Positions 1 through 11,396 of a stretch of DNA of 64,000 bases are shown here, piece after piece; the stretch's first letter is position 1, and every line of letters begins with the position of its first letter. The translations under genes were made by a program, and so were the position numbers. Under the pieces are notes generated by a model. It was given only the letters and a program-made list of their open reading frames with translations, did no database searches and was not told the origin of the DNA. The DNA is from Glycera tridactyla (lineage: Eukaryota), in contig OZ286466.1 in NCBI GenBank assembly GCA_965644265.1, forward strand, positions 96,782,001-96,846,000, read 5' to 3'.

Positions 1-870
1 TTCAACAGGAGGTGAAAATTCATGAAATTCACAGATCCCCCCCCCCCATGTTGGGGCCCCTTGTCGAGTAAAGAATCATAGAATACCGTAACAACAAAAC
101 ATACAGAAAGCATAGAAAATAGTATACAAGTATCACACTGTAATCGAAGATTCTACTTGCGTGACTTAACGACTTAGGTAGTTCAAAAAGGGCGCATACA
201 CAGGGTTAGTATTGAAGAATGAGATTCTGAAGGCTCTTATTAGAGACCAACCTCACATACTGTATGACTCTTTCATGCAAAAGGAGGTGAACATGAACTC
301 AATAACAACGATGATGAGTGTTTGTAATTACAGCGATGCTGAATGGGATCTTGTTAGAAAAATCATCTGCAATTTCGAGGCTCAAAATGCATTTGGTGCG
401 AGTATACCCCAGAGGGTGAGAGCCTCTTCATCCTGAGTCGTCCTTATCTCTTGATACTTTTTCATCTGACCTGGCTGGATATTAGGTCATGAATGTAATG
501 ATATACCTTTATAAATTTCATCAGATGGCGATGAAATGAAACTAGTCATCTATAACAATTATGTGTCAAATGCTATTATAATTTTTGTCCATTCAATGAG
601 TCACCTGGCAGAAATCTCTAGATGAGTGAAAGTGTATCCAATTTTCTGACCAATCTTCTCTTCTGAGTATATTGATTGAGGGCTTCCAACAAAGACCAAA
701 TGCTAAGATTTGGTTTCGGAAGATAAAACTGTGATGATAGTGTGTACTATAGTAGAAACTGTTTATTGTCACAATTTTATCTGTAAATTTCACTGATTTT
801 TGTCTGGTAAAACAATTAATCGGTCTGTTGAATCAGCCTGTTTATTCACGGACATGATGAAAATCTGTAC
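1..870. repeat. Unclassified repeat relic, paralogous to 21155-22945; serves as the empty-site reference for two insertions there
   Basis: Colinear identity with 21155-21561, 21966-22037 and 22553-22945 (e.g. both encode LYDxFMQKEVNMNSITTMMSVC); begins with a family-C fragment. Confidence 0.8.
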
Positions 871-1206
871 ATGATGCCTGTCCGTGTTCTGAGATAAATT
901 ATTCTCAATCTCAATCTCAATGAAAGGTACTGACCAAAACTCTCTATGAGTGTTCACATTCTACCAGAACATAGAAAAAATGAAAGGTCTAAATACAAGA
1001 ATGAAAAACATATTGCAAACACACGATTATCGTTTATGATTCCTGCCTTAGAACAATGTTTTTCTCAATAAAACCGACAATGTCGCGATTAACTTTTGTA
1101 TGTCCACATGGGAAAGCCCCAGACTGCTGGGGTGACTCGTTTTGTTATATGTGATGAATGAGAATAAAGTATCATCTGTCCATCATCTTGGTTTCTACTA
1201 GAAGAG

Positions 1207-1345
1207 ATGACAATGTTAAAGTATGCAGTCGAAACAATCAAAATGTTGAGGAAGGGCTGTTTTCTAGCAAAAACTGACATCGAAACTGCCTTCAGGCTTT
1301 TGCAAATTTGCAAACAAGAATACAGACTTATCGGATTCACTTTGT
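1207..1345 (+). pseudogene. DIRS/Ngaro reverse transcriptase fragment
   Basis: TIKMLRKGCFLAKTDIETAFRLLQI...EYRLIGF matches the KxDIxxAFRLLP motif seen in the other DIRS RTs in this window. Confidence 0.8.
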
Positions 1346-3119
1346 TTTGTTGGGGGTTTAACGTCACGTCAGCTCCATCTGGGCAATATTGTGACGCCCT
1401 CCTTCAGGGTTCCAAACGGAAGGTGAAAATATATGAAATTCATAGACACTCAAAGTGCCATTTCTGCGACGTGCACTTGGGAGGGCAGCAAAGCTCTTCA
1501 CTTGCTGTCAAGTTGCTGTTCTCAGTCAAATAAAGTTGAGAAGATTTCTCGCCGCACACGTAGCGGGCAAATTGAACTTGATTGTCCATCAGTCAATGCG
1601 GATCATAACACCTATATGGGATGGGGCTAACCGCCACGGTCAGCTTCGATCTTGCTACCAAATAAGCTACACCACTTAGAAAAGGTGGAGGAAACTCCTT
1701 TACGTGCCCATTAATGTGGTTTGTTTTGTTTGTTTGTTTGTTTGTTTAGATTTAACGTCCTTTCAACCACCCCTGGACATATCAGACTGTAATACCAATC
1801 TCAGTCACAGATGTGCTTGAGACCTTTGGTCCTAGCACCGATTCATGAAGCAAATCACTGGTTTCTCCTCGTGGCAGACAACATCAATAAAACTGTACAT
1901 GTCCTGGATTCACTGAATAATCAGGAGCGAGTCGAAAGATATCAAGACCTCTGGTGTATTTTCTTGTATTATAAGTGAGTTTCTCGAACGATTTCTTGAA
2001 GAAATCGTTCAAGTCACTGGCAGGCTATTGTTTGTTTGTTTGTTTGGGTTTAACGTCCTTTCAACCAACCTTGGTTATATCAGACTGATAAAGTGAAAAT
2101 GCTGGAGAAAAGGGGCCATCCCTACTCTTTGCGAAAGAGAGTGGTGGCTCTTCTATGTGCATACAGGACCAGACTCACATACACACGGCCAGCCTTCGAT
2201 ATCCCAGTGTGCATGCACTGGGTTTTGCCAAACCCTAATAATTCTACAAATACCAATAAAACGGTTGGAAAATGCTGTCGCAGGCTTCAAATGACAAAAT
2301 GACCTCGTTGACATGAATATAGTGAACATGATTGTGGCATATTCTATAGATGACGTATGTAACTGGTTGTAACCTGATACTCAATAACAATGTTTTTTAA
2401 AGCAAAGCGCAGCACAGGTTGAGCACTTATGTTCGCAGATTACGTAACAAATGTGTTCAATAAGAAACCGTTTGTTGTGTGTTTGTGTTCAACGTTCTCT
2501 CAATCTACTTGGGTTATATTCGATTGGAAACTGAAAATGCTGAATGAAAGAGGCATTAATGCCGGGGAGCCATCCCTACTCTTTGCGAGGGACAGGAGTG
2601 GTTTCTTTTACATGCATGCAGGAATGGACTCCTATATGTTTGATATGCTCAGGCTGCACATGAACAGAGGTAGGTATCCTGGGAATTTCCAAATCTTCTG
2701 TCTTTCTGGACAGTCTGGGAAGTTGTGATTGCAAGTAGAGAGAGGGGGGGGGGGCGCTAATCAGAGGTTGAGATTGTATTCTTAGGGGAAGGGGGAGGTT
2801 CGAGGATCAAGTCTGAGATTGAGATTAAAAAAAAGAAGAGATTGTGATGGAGGAGGAGTGCTGTACTGAGTTGTGTGTGAGTGGTTGTTGGCGTCTCATA
2901 CGTTAAGCTGATCAGTGAATATCTGGTAAATATCTGGTGTCCATCAGAGACTGCTACTTAAAAAACACAAACATTACATAGTTCGTTTTCTGTGTAGGAC
3001 ACGTTTATCCAGTGAGGATGTGTCATGTTTAGGGAGGTTGTTGGAGTCATTCATGATTTCAGGTTGAAACTCAATCTCAACATTACAGTTACACACCCTT
3101 TGCCATATGATACATAAAA

Positions 3120-3780
3120 TATGGAGATGGTTAGACTTTCAGGGAAATCACTGAAAAACTACATGGTGAGCATCCTGCTTCCCCTGTATGCCGCGAAGGC
3201 AAACGACTTGTTGGTTGCAACAACAAAAGAGAGGAGGTAGGGTGCTGTAAAGAGACTTCTAGGCAAGTCCTTGAAGAACAACATGGTAAGCATTCTGCCT
3301 TCTCCTGAAGGTGATCGACTTGTTGGTTGCAACAACAAAAAAGCGGAGGCGGGGTGCTGTGGAGAGAACTTGTATATTACTTGTAGAATGGAGTTGGTCC
3401 GACTACTCGGGAAGTCTCTAAAGAACCACATGGTCAGCATCCTGCTTTCTCCTGATGCAGTGAAGGCGATCAACTTGTTGATTGCAAAGAGGGGAGTATG
3501 ATGATGCAAAGACGTGCACGTATTCCCACGGCTAAGCAGCTAAAGACCACTAGACAGTAGCCAAGAATTGCGGAGGATCGCTGTGGGGTGCCCTGAGTTG
3601 ATATGCCCAGGAAGGGTCACAGCAACGGACATGCGGAAATATGCAGCTGTAGTAATGCAAATGACGGGGGAGAAGCAATGTTTGTTTGTTTGTTTGCAGC
3701 TGGCCGCTGATATTTTGAGAAATTGTAATCTACAATGTATTCAATTTTGGCATATGCAAACAAAACTAGATGCACTCAGG
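3120..3780 (+). pseudogene. Crypton-like tyrosine recombinase C-terminal half, copy 1
   Basis: LVRLLGKSLKNHMVSILLSPDAVKAINLLIAKRGV...LRRIAVGCPELICPGRVTATDMRKYAAVVMQ...LAADILR; resembles the RGKRGRKVPVLL...TSTKLRKHVAT...LADFLGH YR family of animal genomes (alignment from memory). Confidence 0.7.
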
Positions 3781-3960
3781 TGTTCAGGATGTAATTAATC
3801 ATTGTTGGCGTTTCCTACGAGAGAAAATTGCGTTTTAAAACTGAATGAGGATGACTAGATCTCTGCATCACTGATGCTGGCGCGTGCGTTGGAACTTCAG
3901 TTGGATTCTATTGGCGTGATGATGGTTTTTTTTTGTTTGGGTTTAACGTCCTTTCGACCT

Positions 3961-4078
3961 CGACGGCCCCCGGCAGGCAGTGACTCTTTTCTCCAGCATT
4001 TTCAGTTTTTTTTTCAGTCCGATATAACCCAAGTGGGTTTAAGTGACGTTAAACTTAAACAAACAAACAAACAAACAA
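3961..4078 (+). mobile_element. 5'-truncated family-A LINE 3' end in the rare plus orientation
   Basis: ...ttcagtccgatataacccaagtgggtttaagtgacgttaaactt(aaac)n; inserted into the hairpin of a minus-strand A2 copy; empty site near 7475. Confidence 0.88.
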
Positions 4079-5049
4079 CTTCCTATGGTCATATCGAACC
4101 GAAAATGCTGAATAAAAAAGGCACCGCTGCCAAGGGCCATCCTTACTCTTCCCTACAGCAGTGGTTCTTTAACGTGCAGCCTTTGTTGGCATGCACTGGA
4201 TTCAAACAGATGACATTCGAATGACTCGGCACAAACGCCACCATAAACTATCGATTTGATGAGGGATATCCGAAGATTTAACCCATGATGTTTGTTTGTT
4301 TGTTTGTTTGTGGTTTAGCATCCTTTCAACCACCGTTAGTTATATCAGACTGAAAAACTGAAAAAGCTGAAGAAAAGAGGCACTGCCGCCGGGGGCCATC
4401 CCTACTCTTTGCGAATGAAACATTCAATTTATATTAGCTTGCTTATAAAGAAAATAATTCATCCACCATATATCAAGATATCCTGATCTGACATGTGTTG
4501 TTCTTCCGAGGTCATGATACGAGAATTAAAGCAGCTGGTTTGCAAAAGTGTAATCCTATATTGGCGGGGGTCTTACATTTTCACATATTTGGCAGCTTCT
4601 TTGAAACAGATAGAATCCGAAGCGGAAAGTGTGAGCCGCAAAATTAACTTCATCATGAAGAACTTGGTTGGTTGGTTCTTGTTTAACGACACGTCAGCAC
4701 CACCTGGGCTACATTGTGATGCACATGCAATCGGGCATGGGTGGGATCTTCCAAGACTCCTCCTTCTGCGTCCCAAACGGAAGGTGAGAATGTATGAAGT
4801 TCAGACACTCAGCCATTTCCAACTACTGATTACCAGCACATAACCGGACAGCTGACTCACGTGATCTCCCAATATTGGAGTCTTCACCATCTGTGGTTTC
4901 GCTGTCGAAAATGTCTAATTAAATTACACATGTCATGTAATGTGGATTCCCGTAGACACCAAATAAGAACCACATGTACTCGATGACAGGAGAATAGACC
5001 TATTAGATGCAGGCACTCACCATAAAATCTGAGATACAGTTCGCAGCGA

Positions 5050-6058
5050 CAGGATCTGAATAAGTGGATGCAAAGTGACGCCATATTGGCTTATGCCGAT
5101 GACTCTGAAATGAACATGGGTCGTAATAAGGAAGGACACCCTAGCGGGCTTGGATATTCCGTTGTATACACCACCACGCTTAACATACGATATACAAAAT
5201 TGCCAAGTGTTCTTCGACAATTTCTTTACGTCCGTGACCCTGGTTGAGAAATTGCTGCACGTCGGTCTGTATGCATGTGGGACTATACGGGCCCTGAGAC
5301 TTCTTATGTGAAATTACCAATCAGAAACTTGCCCGCAGTGAGAGTGTAATCAAACCAAAAGGGCAGCTTGTTGTGTGCACTTGGATGGTTGGTTGGTTGG
5401 TTCCGGTTTAACTGCCTGTCAGCACCATCTGGGCTATGTTGTGACGCCCATGCAGTGGGCATGGGTGGGATTTTCCGAGACTCCTCCTTCTGGGTTCCAA
5501 ACGGAATGTGAAAATATATGAAATTCACAGACACTCAAAGTGCCATTTCTGCGACGTGCACTTGGGAGGGCAGTAAAGCTCTTCACTTGCTGTCAAGTTG
5601 ATGGTCACAGTCGAATAAAGTTGAGAAGATTTCTTGCCGTACACGTAGCGGGCCAATTGAACTTGATTGTCCATCAGTCATTACGGATTATAACACCAAT
5701 ATGGGTGGCGCTAACCGCCACGATCAGCTTCGATCTTGCTACCAAATAAGCTACACCACTAAGATATGGTTGAGGAAACTCCTTTATGTGCTCATCAATG
5801 TGGTTGGTTTTGTTTGTTTGTTTGTTCAGGTTTAACGTCCTTTCAACAATCCTTGGTTATATCAGACAGAAATACCAATCTCAGTTACAGATGTGCTTGA
5901 GACCTTTGGTCCTTGCGCCGATCTATGAAGCAAATCACTGGTTTCTCCTCGTGGCAGACAACATCAATAAAACGGTACATGTCCTGGATTCACTGAATAA
6001 TCAGGAGCGAGTCGAAAGATATCAGGACCTCTGGTGTATTTTCTTGTATCATAAGTGA
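5050..6058 (+). pseudogene. Ulp1/SENP (peptidase C48) protease relic, copy 2 (paralogues ~1470-1975 and ~8110-9560)
   Basis: LNKWMQSDAILAY (N-terminal WLxDxxIxAY-like motif) and LVLAPIYEANHWFLLVADNINKTVHVLDSL (catalytic His and Asp context); interrupted by tail insertions. Confidence 0.7.
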
Positions 6059-6772
6059 GGAGTTTCTTGAACAATTTCTTGAAGAAATCGTTCAAGTCAC
6101 TGGAAGGCTATTGTTTGTTTGTTTGGTTGGTTGGTTTAACGTCCTTTCAACCAACCTTGGTTATATCGGACTGATATAGTGAAAATGCTGGAGAAAAGGG
6201 GCCATCCCTACTCTTTGCGGAAGAGAGTGGTGGCTCTTCTATGTGCATACAGGACCAGACTCACATACACACGGCCAGCCTTCGATATCCCAGTGTGCGT
6301 GCACTGGGTTTTGCCAAACCCTCATAATTCTACAAATACCAATAGAACAGTTGGAAAATGCTGTCGCAGGCTTCAAATGACAAAATGACCTCGTTGACAT
6401 GAATATAGTGAACATGATTGTGGCATATTCTGTAGATGACGTGTGTAACTGGTTGTAACCTAATACTCAATAGCAATGCTTTTTTTGGAGCAAAGCGCAG
6501 CACAGGTTGAGCACTTATGAACGGCATTAGGTTCGGAGATTATGCAAGCAATGTGTTCAATCATAAACTGTTTGTTGTGTGTTTGTGGTCAACGTTCTCT
6601 CAATCTACTTGGGTTATATTGGACTGAAAACTGAAAATGCTGGAAAAAGAGGCATTGGTGCTGGGGACCGTCCCTACTCTTTGCGAGGGACAGCAGTGGT
6701 TTCTTTTACATGCATGCAGGAATGGACTCCTATATGTTTGATATGCTCAGGCTGCCATATGATACATAAAGT

Positions 6773-7310
6773 ATGGAGATGGTTAGTCTACCAGGGAAGT
6801 CACTCAAAAACTACATGGTGAGCATCCTGCTTCCCTTGTATGCCACGAAGGCAAACGACTTGTTGGTTGCAACAACAAAAAAGCGGAGGCAGGGTGCTGT
6901 GGAGAGAATTTGTATATTACTTGTAGAATGGAGTTGGTCCGACTACCAGGAAAGTCTCTGAAGAACCACATGGTCAGTATCCTGCTTTCTCCTGATGCAG
7001 TGAAGGCAATCAACTTGTTGATTGCAAAGAGGGGAGTTGGATGCCGCAAAGATAATGTGCACGTATTCCCACGGCTAAACAGCACAAGACCACTAGACAA
7101 TAGCCAAGAATTGCGGAGGATCGCTGTGGGGTGCCCTGAGTTGATATGCCCAGGAAGGATAACAGCAAGGGCATGCGGAAATATGCAGCGGTAGTAATGC
7201 AGATAACGGGGGGAGAAGCAAGCTGGCCGCTGATATTCTGAGACATTGTAATCTACAATGTATTCACTTTTAGCATATGCAAACAAAACTAGATGCACTC
7301 AGGTGTTCAG
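6773..7310 (+). pseudogene. Crypton-like tyrosine recombinase fragment, copy 2
   Basis: Same motifs as copy 1; frameshifted; lacks the middle internal repeat. Confidence 0.7.
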
Positions 7311-9851
7311 GATGTAATTAATCATTGTTGGTGTTTCCTACTAGAGAAATTGCGTTTCAAAACTGAGCGAGGATGACAAGATCTCTGCATTGCTGATGCT
7401 GGCGTGTGCGTTGGAACTTCAGTTGGATTCTATGGGCGTGATGATGGGGGTTTGTTTGTTTGGGTTTAACGTCCTTTCGACCTCCTATAGTCATATCGAA
7501 CCGAAAATGCTGAATAAAAGAGGCACCGCTGCCAAGGGCCATCCCTACTCTTCCCTACAGCAGTGCTTCTTTAACGTGCAGCCTTTGTTGGCATGCACTG
7601 GATTCAAACAGATGACATTCAAATGGCTCGGCACAAACGCCACCATAAACTATCGATTTGATGAGGGATATCCGAAGATTTAAACCAAGATGTTTGTTTG
7701 TTTGTTTGTTTGTTTGTGGTTTAGCGTCCTTTCAACCACCGTTAGTTATATCAGACTGAAAAACTGAAAACCTGAAGAAAAGAGGCACAGCCGCCGGGGG
7801 CCATCCCTACTCTTTGCGAATGAAACATTCAATTTATATTAGCTTGCTTATAAAGAAAATAATTCATCCACCATATATCAACATATCCTGATCTGACATG
7901 TGTTGTTCTTCCGAGGTCACGATACGAGAATTAAAGCAGCTGGTTTGCAAAAGTGTAATCCTATATTGGCGGGGGTCTTACATTTTCACATATTCGGCAG
8001 CTTCTTTGAAACAGATAGAATCCAAATAAGAACACGTACTCTATGACAGGAGAATAGACCTATTAGATGCGGGCACTCACCATAAAATCTGAGATACAGT
8101 TTGCAGCGACAGGATCTGAATAAGTGGATGCGAAGTGACGCCATATTGGCTTATGCCGATGACTGAAATGTACATGGGTCGTAATAAGGAAGGACACCCT
8201 AGCGGGCTTGGATATTCCGTTGTATACACCACCACGCTTCACATACGATATACAGAATTGCCAAGTGTTCTTTGACAATTTCTTTACGTCCGTGCCCCTG
8301 GTTGAGAAATTGCTGCACGTCGGTCTGTATGCATGTGGGACAATACGGGCCCTGAGACTTCTCATGTGAAATTACCAATCAGAAACTTGCCCGCGGTGAG
8401 AGTGTAATCAAACCAAAAGGGCAGCTTGTTGTGTGCACTTGGATGGTTGGTTGGTTGGTTCCGGTTTAACTGCCTGTCAGCACCATCTGGGCTATGTTGT
8501 GACGCCCATGCAGTGGGCATGGGCGGGATTTTCCGAGACTCCTCCTTCTGGGTTCCAAACGGAATGTGAAAATATATGAAATTCACAGACACTCAAAGTG
8601 CCATTTCTGCGACGTGCACTTGGGAGGGCAGTAAAGCTCTCCACTTGCTGTCAAGTTGATGATCTCAGCCAGATGAAGTTGAGAAGATTTCTCGCCGCAC
8701 ACGTAGCGAGCCAATTGAACTTGATTGTCCATCAGTCAATGCGGATCATAACACCTATATGGGATGGGGCTAACCCCCACAATCAGCTTCGATCTTGCTA
8801 CGAGATAAGCTACACCACTTAAAAAAGGTGGAGGAAACTCCTTTACGTGCCCATTAATGTGGTTTGTTTTGTTTGTTTGTTTGTTTAGATTTAACGTCCT
8901 TTCACCCACCCCTGGACATATCAGACTGTAATACCAATCTCAGTCACAGATGTGCTTCAGACCTTTGGTCCTTGCGCCGATTTAGACATCCATTAGCGTG
9001 ATTGTGTGCATGAATGTGCGAACAGATGTTTATTGTTTTGGATATGAATGTGAGTATAAATGTATATTGTGTTACTAGTGTTTTCCTCTTCTTGCATATG
9101 ATGTATCGCTTTCTCGCATATTTACGATTGATACAAATACCATATCTTCCAAAATATGTCTATGATTACACGGCACTACATCCAACGGACTGCGTAAGCA
9201 ATTAACACGACCTCTGGGGTCTATTTGTAATCATACTGGTATGACATCGGGCGAATAGATCTGTGACCAGATTTCACCTAGGCATGCGTACCCGCATGCA
9301 CACGTACTTCACCTACATGACATGTGTCACGAATGTACATACTTGATTGATTGATTCATTGTTTTGCTGTACTCCTGTTATACTTGTTCAAATGTCTTAC
9401 GCAATAAACAAATTCTTTATTCATGAAGCGAATCACTGGTTTCTCCTCGTGGCAGACAGCATAAATAAAACGGTACATGTCCTGGACTCGCTGAATAATC
9501 AGGAGCGAGTCGAAAGATATCAAGACCTCTGGTGGTACGTACATTTTCTTGTATCATAGGTGAGTTTCTTGAACAATTTCTTAAAGAAATCGTTCAAGTC
9601 ACTGGCAGGCTATTGTTTGTTTGTTTGGATTTAACGTCCTTTCAACCAACCTTGGTTATATCGGACTGATAAACTGAAAATGCTGGAGAAAAGGGGCCAT
9701 CCCTACTCTTTGCGAAAGAGAGTGGTGGTTCTTCTTTGTGCATACAGGACCAGACTCACATACACACGGCCAGCCTTTGATATCCCAGTGTGCATGCACT
9801 GGGGTTTGCCAAACCCTCATAATTCTACAAATACCAATAAAACAGTTAAGA

Positions 9852-10021
9852 TGGTTGGTTGGTTGGTTCTCCTTTAACGTCACGTCAGCACCGTCTGGGC
9901 TATATTGTGACGCCCATGCAATGGGCATGGGTGGGATCTTCCAAGACTCCTCCTTCTGGGTCCCCAACGGAATGTGAAATGATATGAAATTCACAGACAC
10001 GCAAGGTGCCATTTCAAAAGT
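9852..10021 (-). mobile_element. Full-length family-C short retroposon
   Basis: TSD aacagttaaga (9841-9851, 10022-10032); (GGTT)n tail; empty sites in copies 1 and 2 (~2262, ~6346). Confidence 0.92.
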
Positions 10022-10448
10022 AACAGTTAAGAAATGCTATCGCAGGCTTCAAATGACAAAATGACCTCGTTGACATGAATATAGTGAACATGATTGTGGC
10101 ATATTCTATAGATGACGTATGTCACTGGTTATAACCTAATACTCAATAGCAATGCTTTTTTTGGAGCAAAGCGCAGCACAGGTTGAGCACTCATGAACGG
10201 CATTAGGTTCAGAGATTATGCAACCAATGTGTTCAATCATAAACTGTTTGTTGTGTGTTTGTGGTCAACGTTCTTTCAATCTACTTGGGTTATATTGGAC
10301 TGAAAACTGAAAATGCTGAAAAAAGAGGCATTGGTGCTGGGGACCGTCCCTACTCTTTGCGAGGGACAGCAGTGGTTTCTTTTACATGCATGCAGGAATG
10401 GACCCCTATATGTTTGATATGCTCAGGCTGCCATATGATACATAAAGT

Positions 10449-11075
10449 ATGGAGATGGTTAGTCTACCAGGGAAGTCACTCAAAAACTACATGGTGAGCA
10501 TCCTGCTTCCCTTGTATGCCGCGAAGGCAAACGACTTGTTGGTTGCAACAACAAAAAAGAGGAGCAAGGGTGCTGTAAAGAGACTTCTAGGCAAGTCCTT
10601 GAAGAACAACATGGTAAGCATTCTGCCTTCTCCTGAAGGTGATCGACTTGCTGGTTGCAACAACAAAAAAGCGGAGGCAGGGTGCTGTGGAGAGAATTTG
10701 TATATTACTTGTAGAATGGAGTTGGTCCGACTACCAGGAAAGTCTCTGAAGAACCACATGGTAAGCATCCTGCTTTCTCCTGATGCAGTGAAGGCAATCA
10801 ACTTGTTGATTGCAAAGAGGGGAGTTGGATGCCGCGAAGATAATGTGCACGTATTCCCACGGCTAAACAGCACAAGACCACTAGACAATAGCCAAGAATT
10901 GCGGAGGATCGCTGTGGGGTGCCCTGAGTTGATATGCCCAGGAAGGATAACAGCAAGGGCATGCGGAAATATGCAGCGGTAGTAATGCAGATAACGGGGG
11001 GAGAAGCAAGCTGGCCGCTGATATTCTGAGACATTGTAATCTACAATGTATTCACTTTTGGCATATGCAAACAAA
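10449..11075 (+). pseudogene. Crypton-like tyrosine recombinase fragment, copy 3 (177-aa ORF 10449-10982)
   Basis: Three internal GKSLKNxMVSIL repeats followed by FPRLNSTRPLDNSQELRRIAVGCPELICPGRIT. Confidence 0.7.
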
Positions 11076-11396
11076 TGTTTGTTTGTTTGTTTGTTTGTTT
11101 ATTTAAGTTTAACGTCACTTAAACCCACTTGGGTTATATCGGACTGAAAAACCGAAAATGCTGAAGAAAAGAGTCACTGCCTGCCGGGGGCCGTCCCTAC
11201 TCTTTGCGAAAGACAGCAGTGGATCTTTAACGTGCGTCAAGGAAAAGACTCCTATCAACACGGCCGGCCTTTGATATCCCAGTCGGCATGCACTGGGTTA
11301 GCATTCACACGATTCATATTTGTCTAAATATTCCCAATTCATGCAAATAATCAAATATGTCTGTTGGATCGATTTTCATGAAAAGTTGCGTCATAT
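11076..11396 (-). mobile_element. 5'-truncated LINE (family A): ORF2 tip + 3' UTR + (AAAC)n
   Basis: TSD acaaa; empty site near 7266-7275; includes the ...IFDYLHELGIFRQI* coding tip. Confidence 0.88.

Noticed and set aside
2615-3100. Copy-1-specific insert as a CR1/L2 fragment
   Set aside because: The insertion is real, but I could not find a diagnostic endonuclease or RT motif, so it is left unclassified.
11076-11105. (GTTT)n/(GGTT)n runs as telomeric or telomerase-added repeats
   Set aside because: They are not TTAGGG-type, are short, and are always attached to the retroposon 3' stem-loop.
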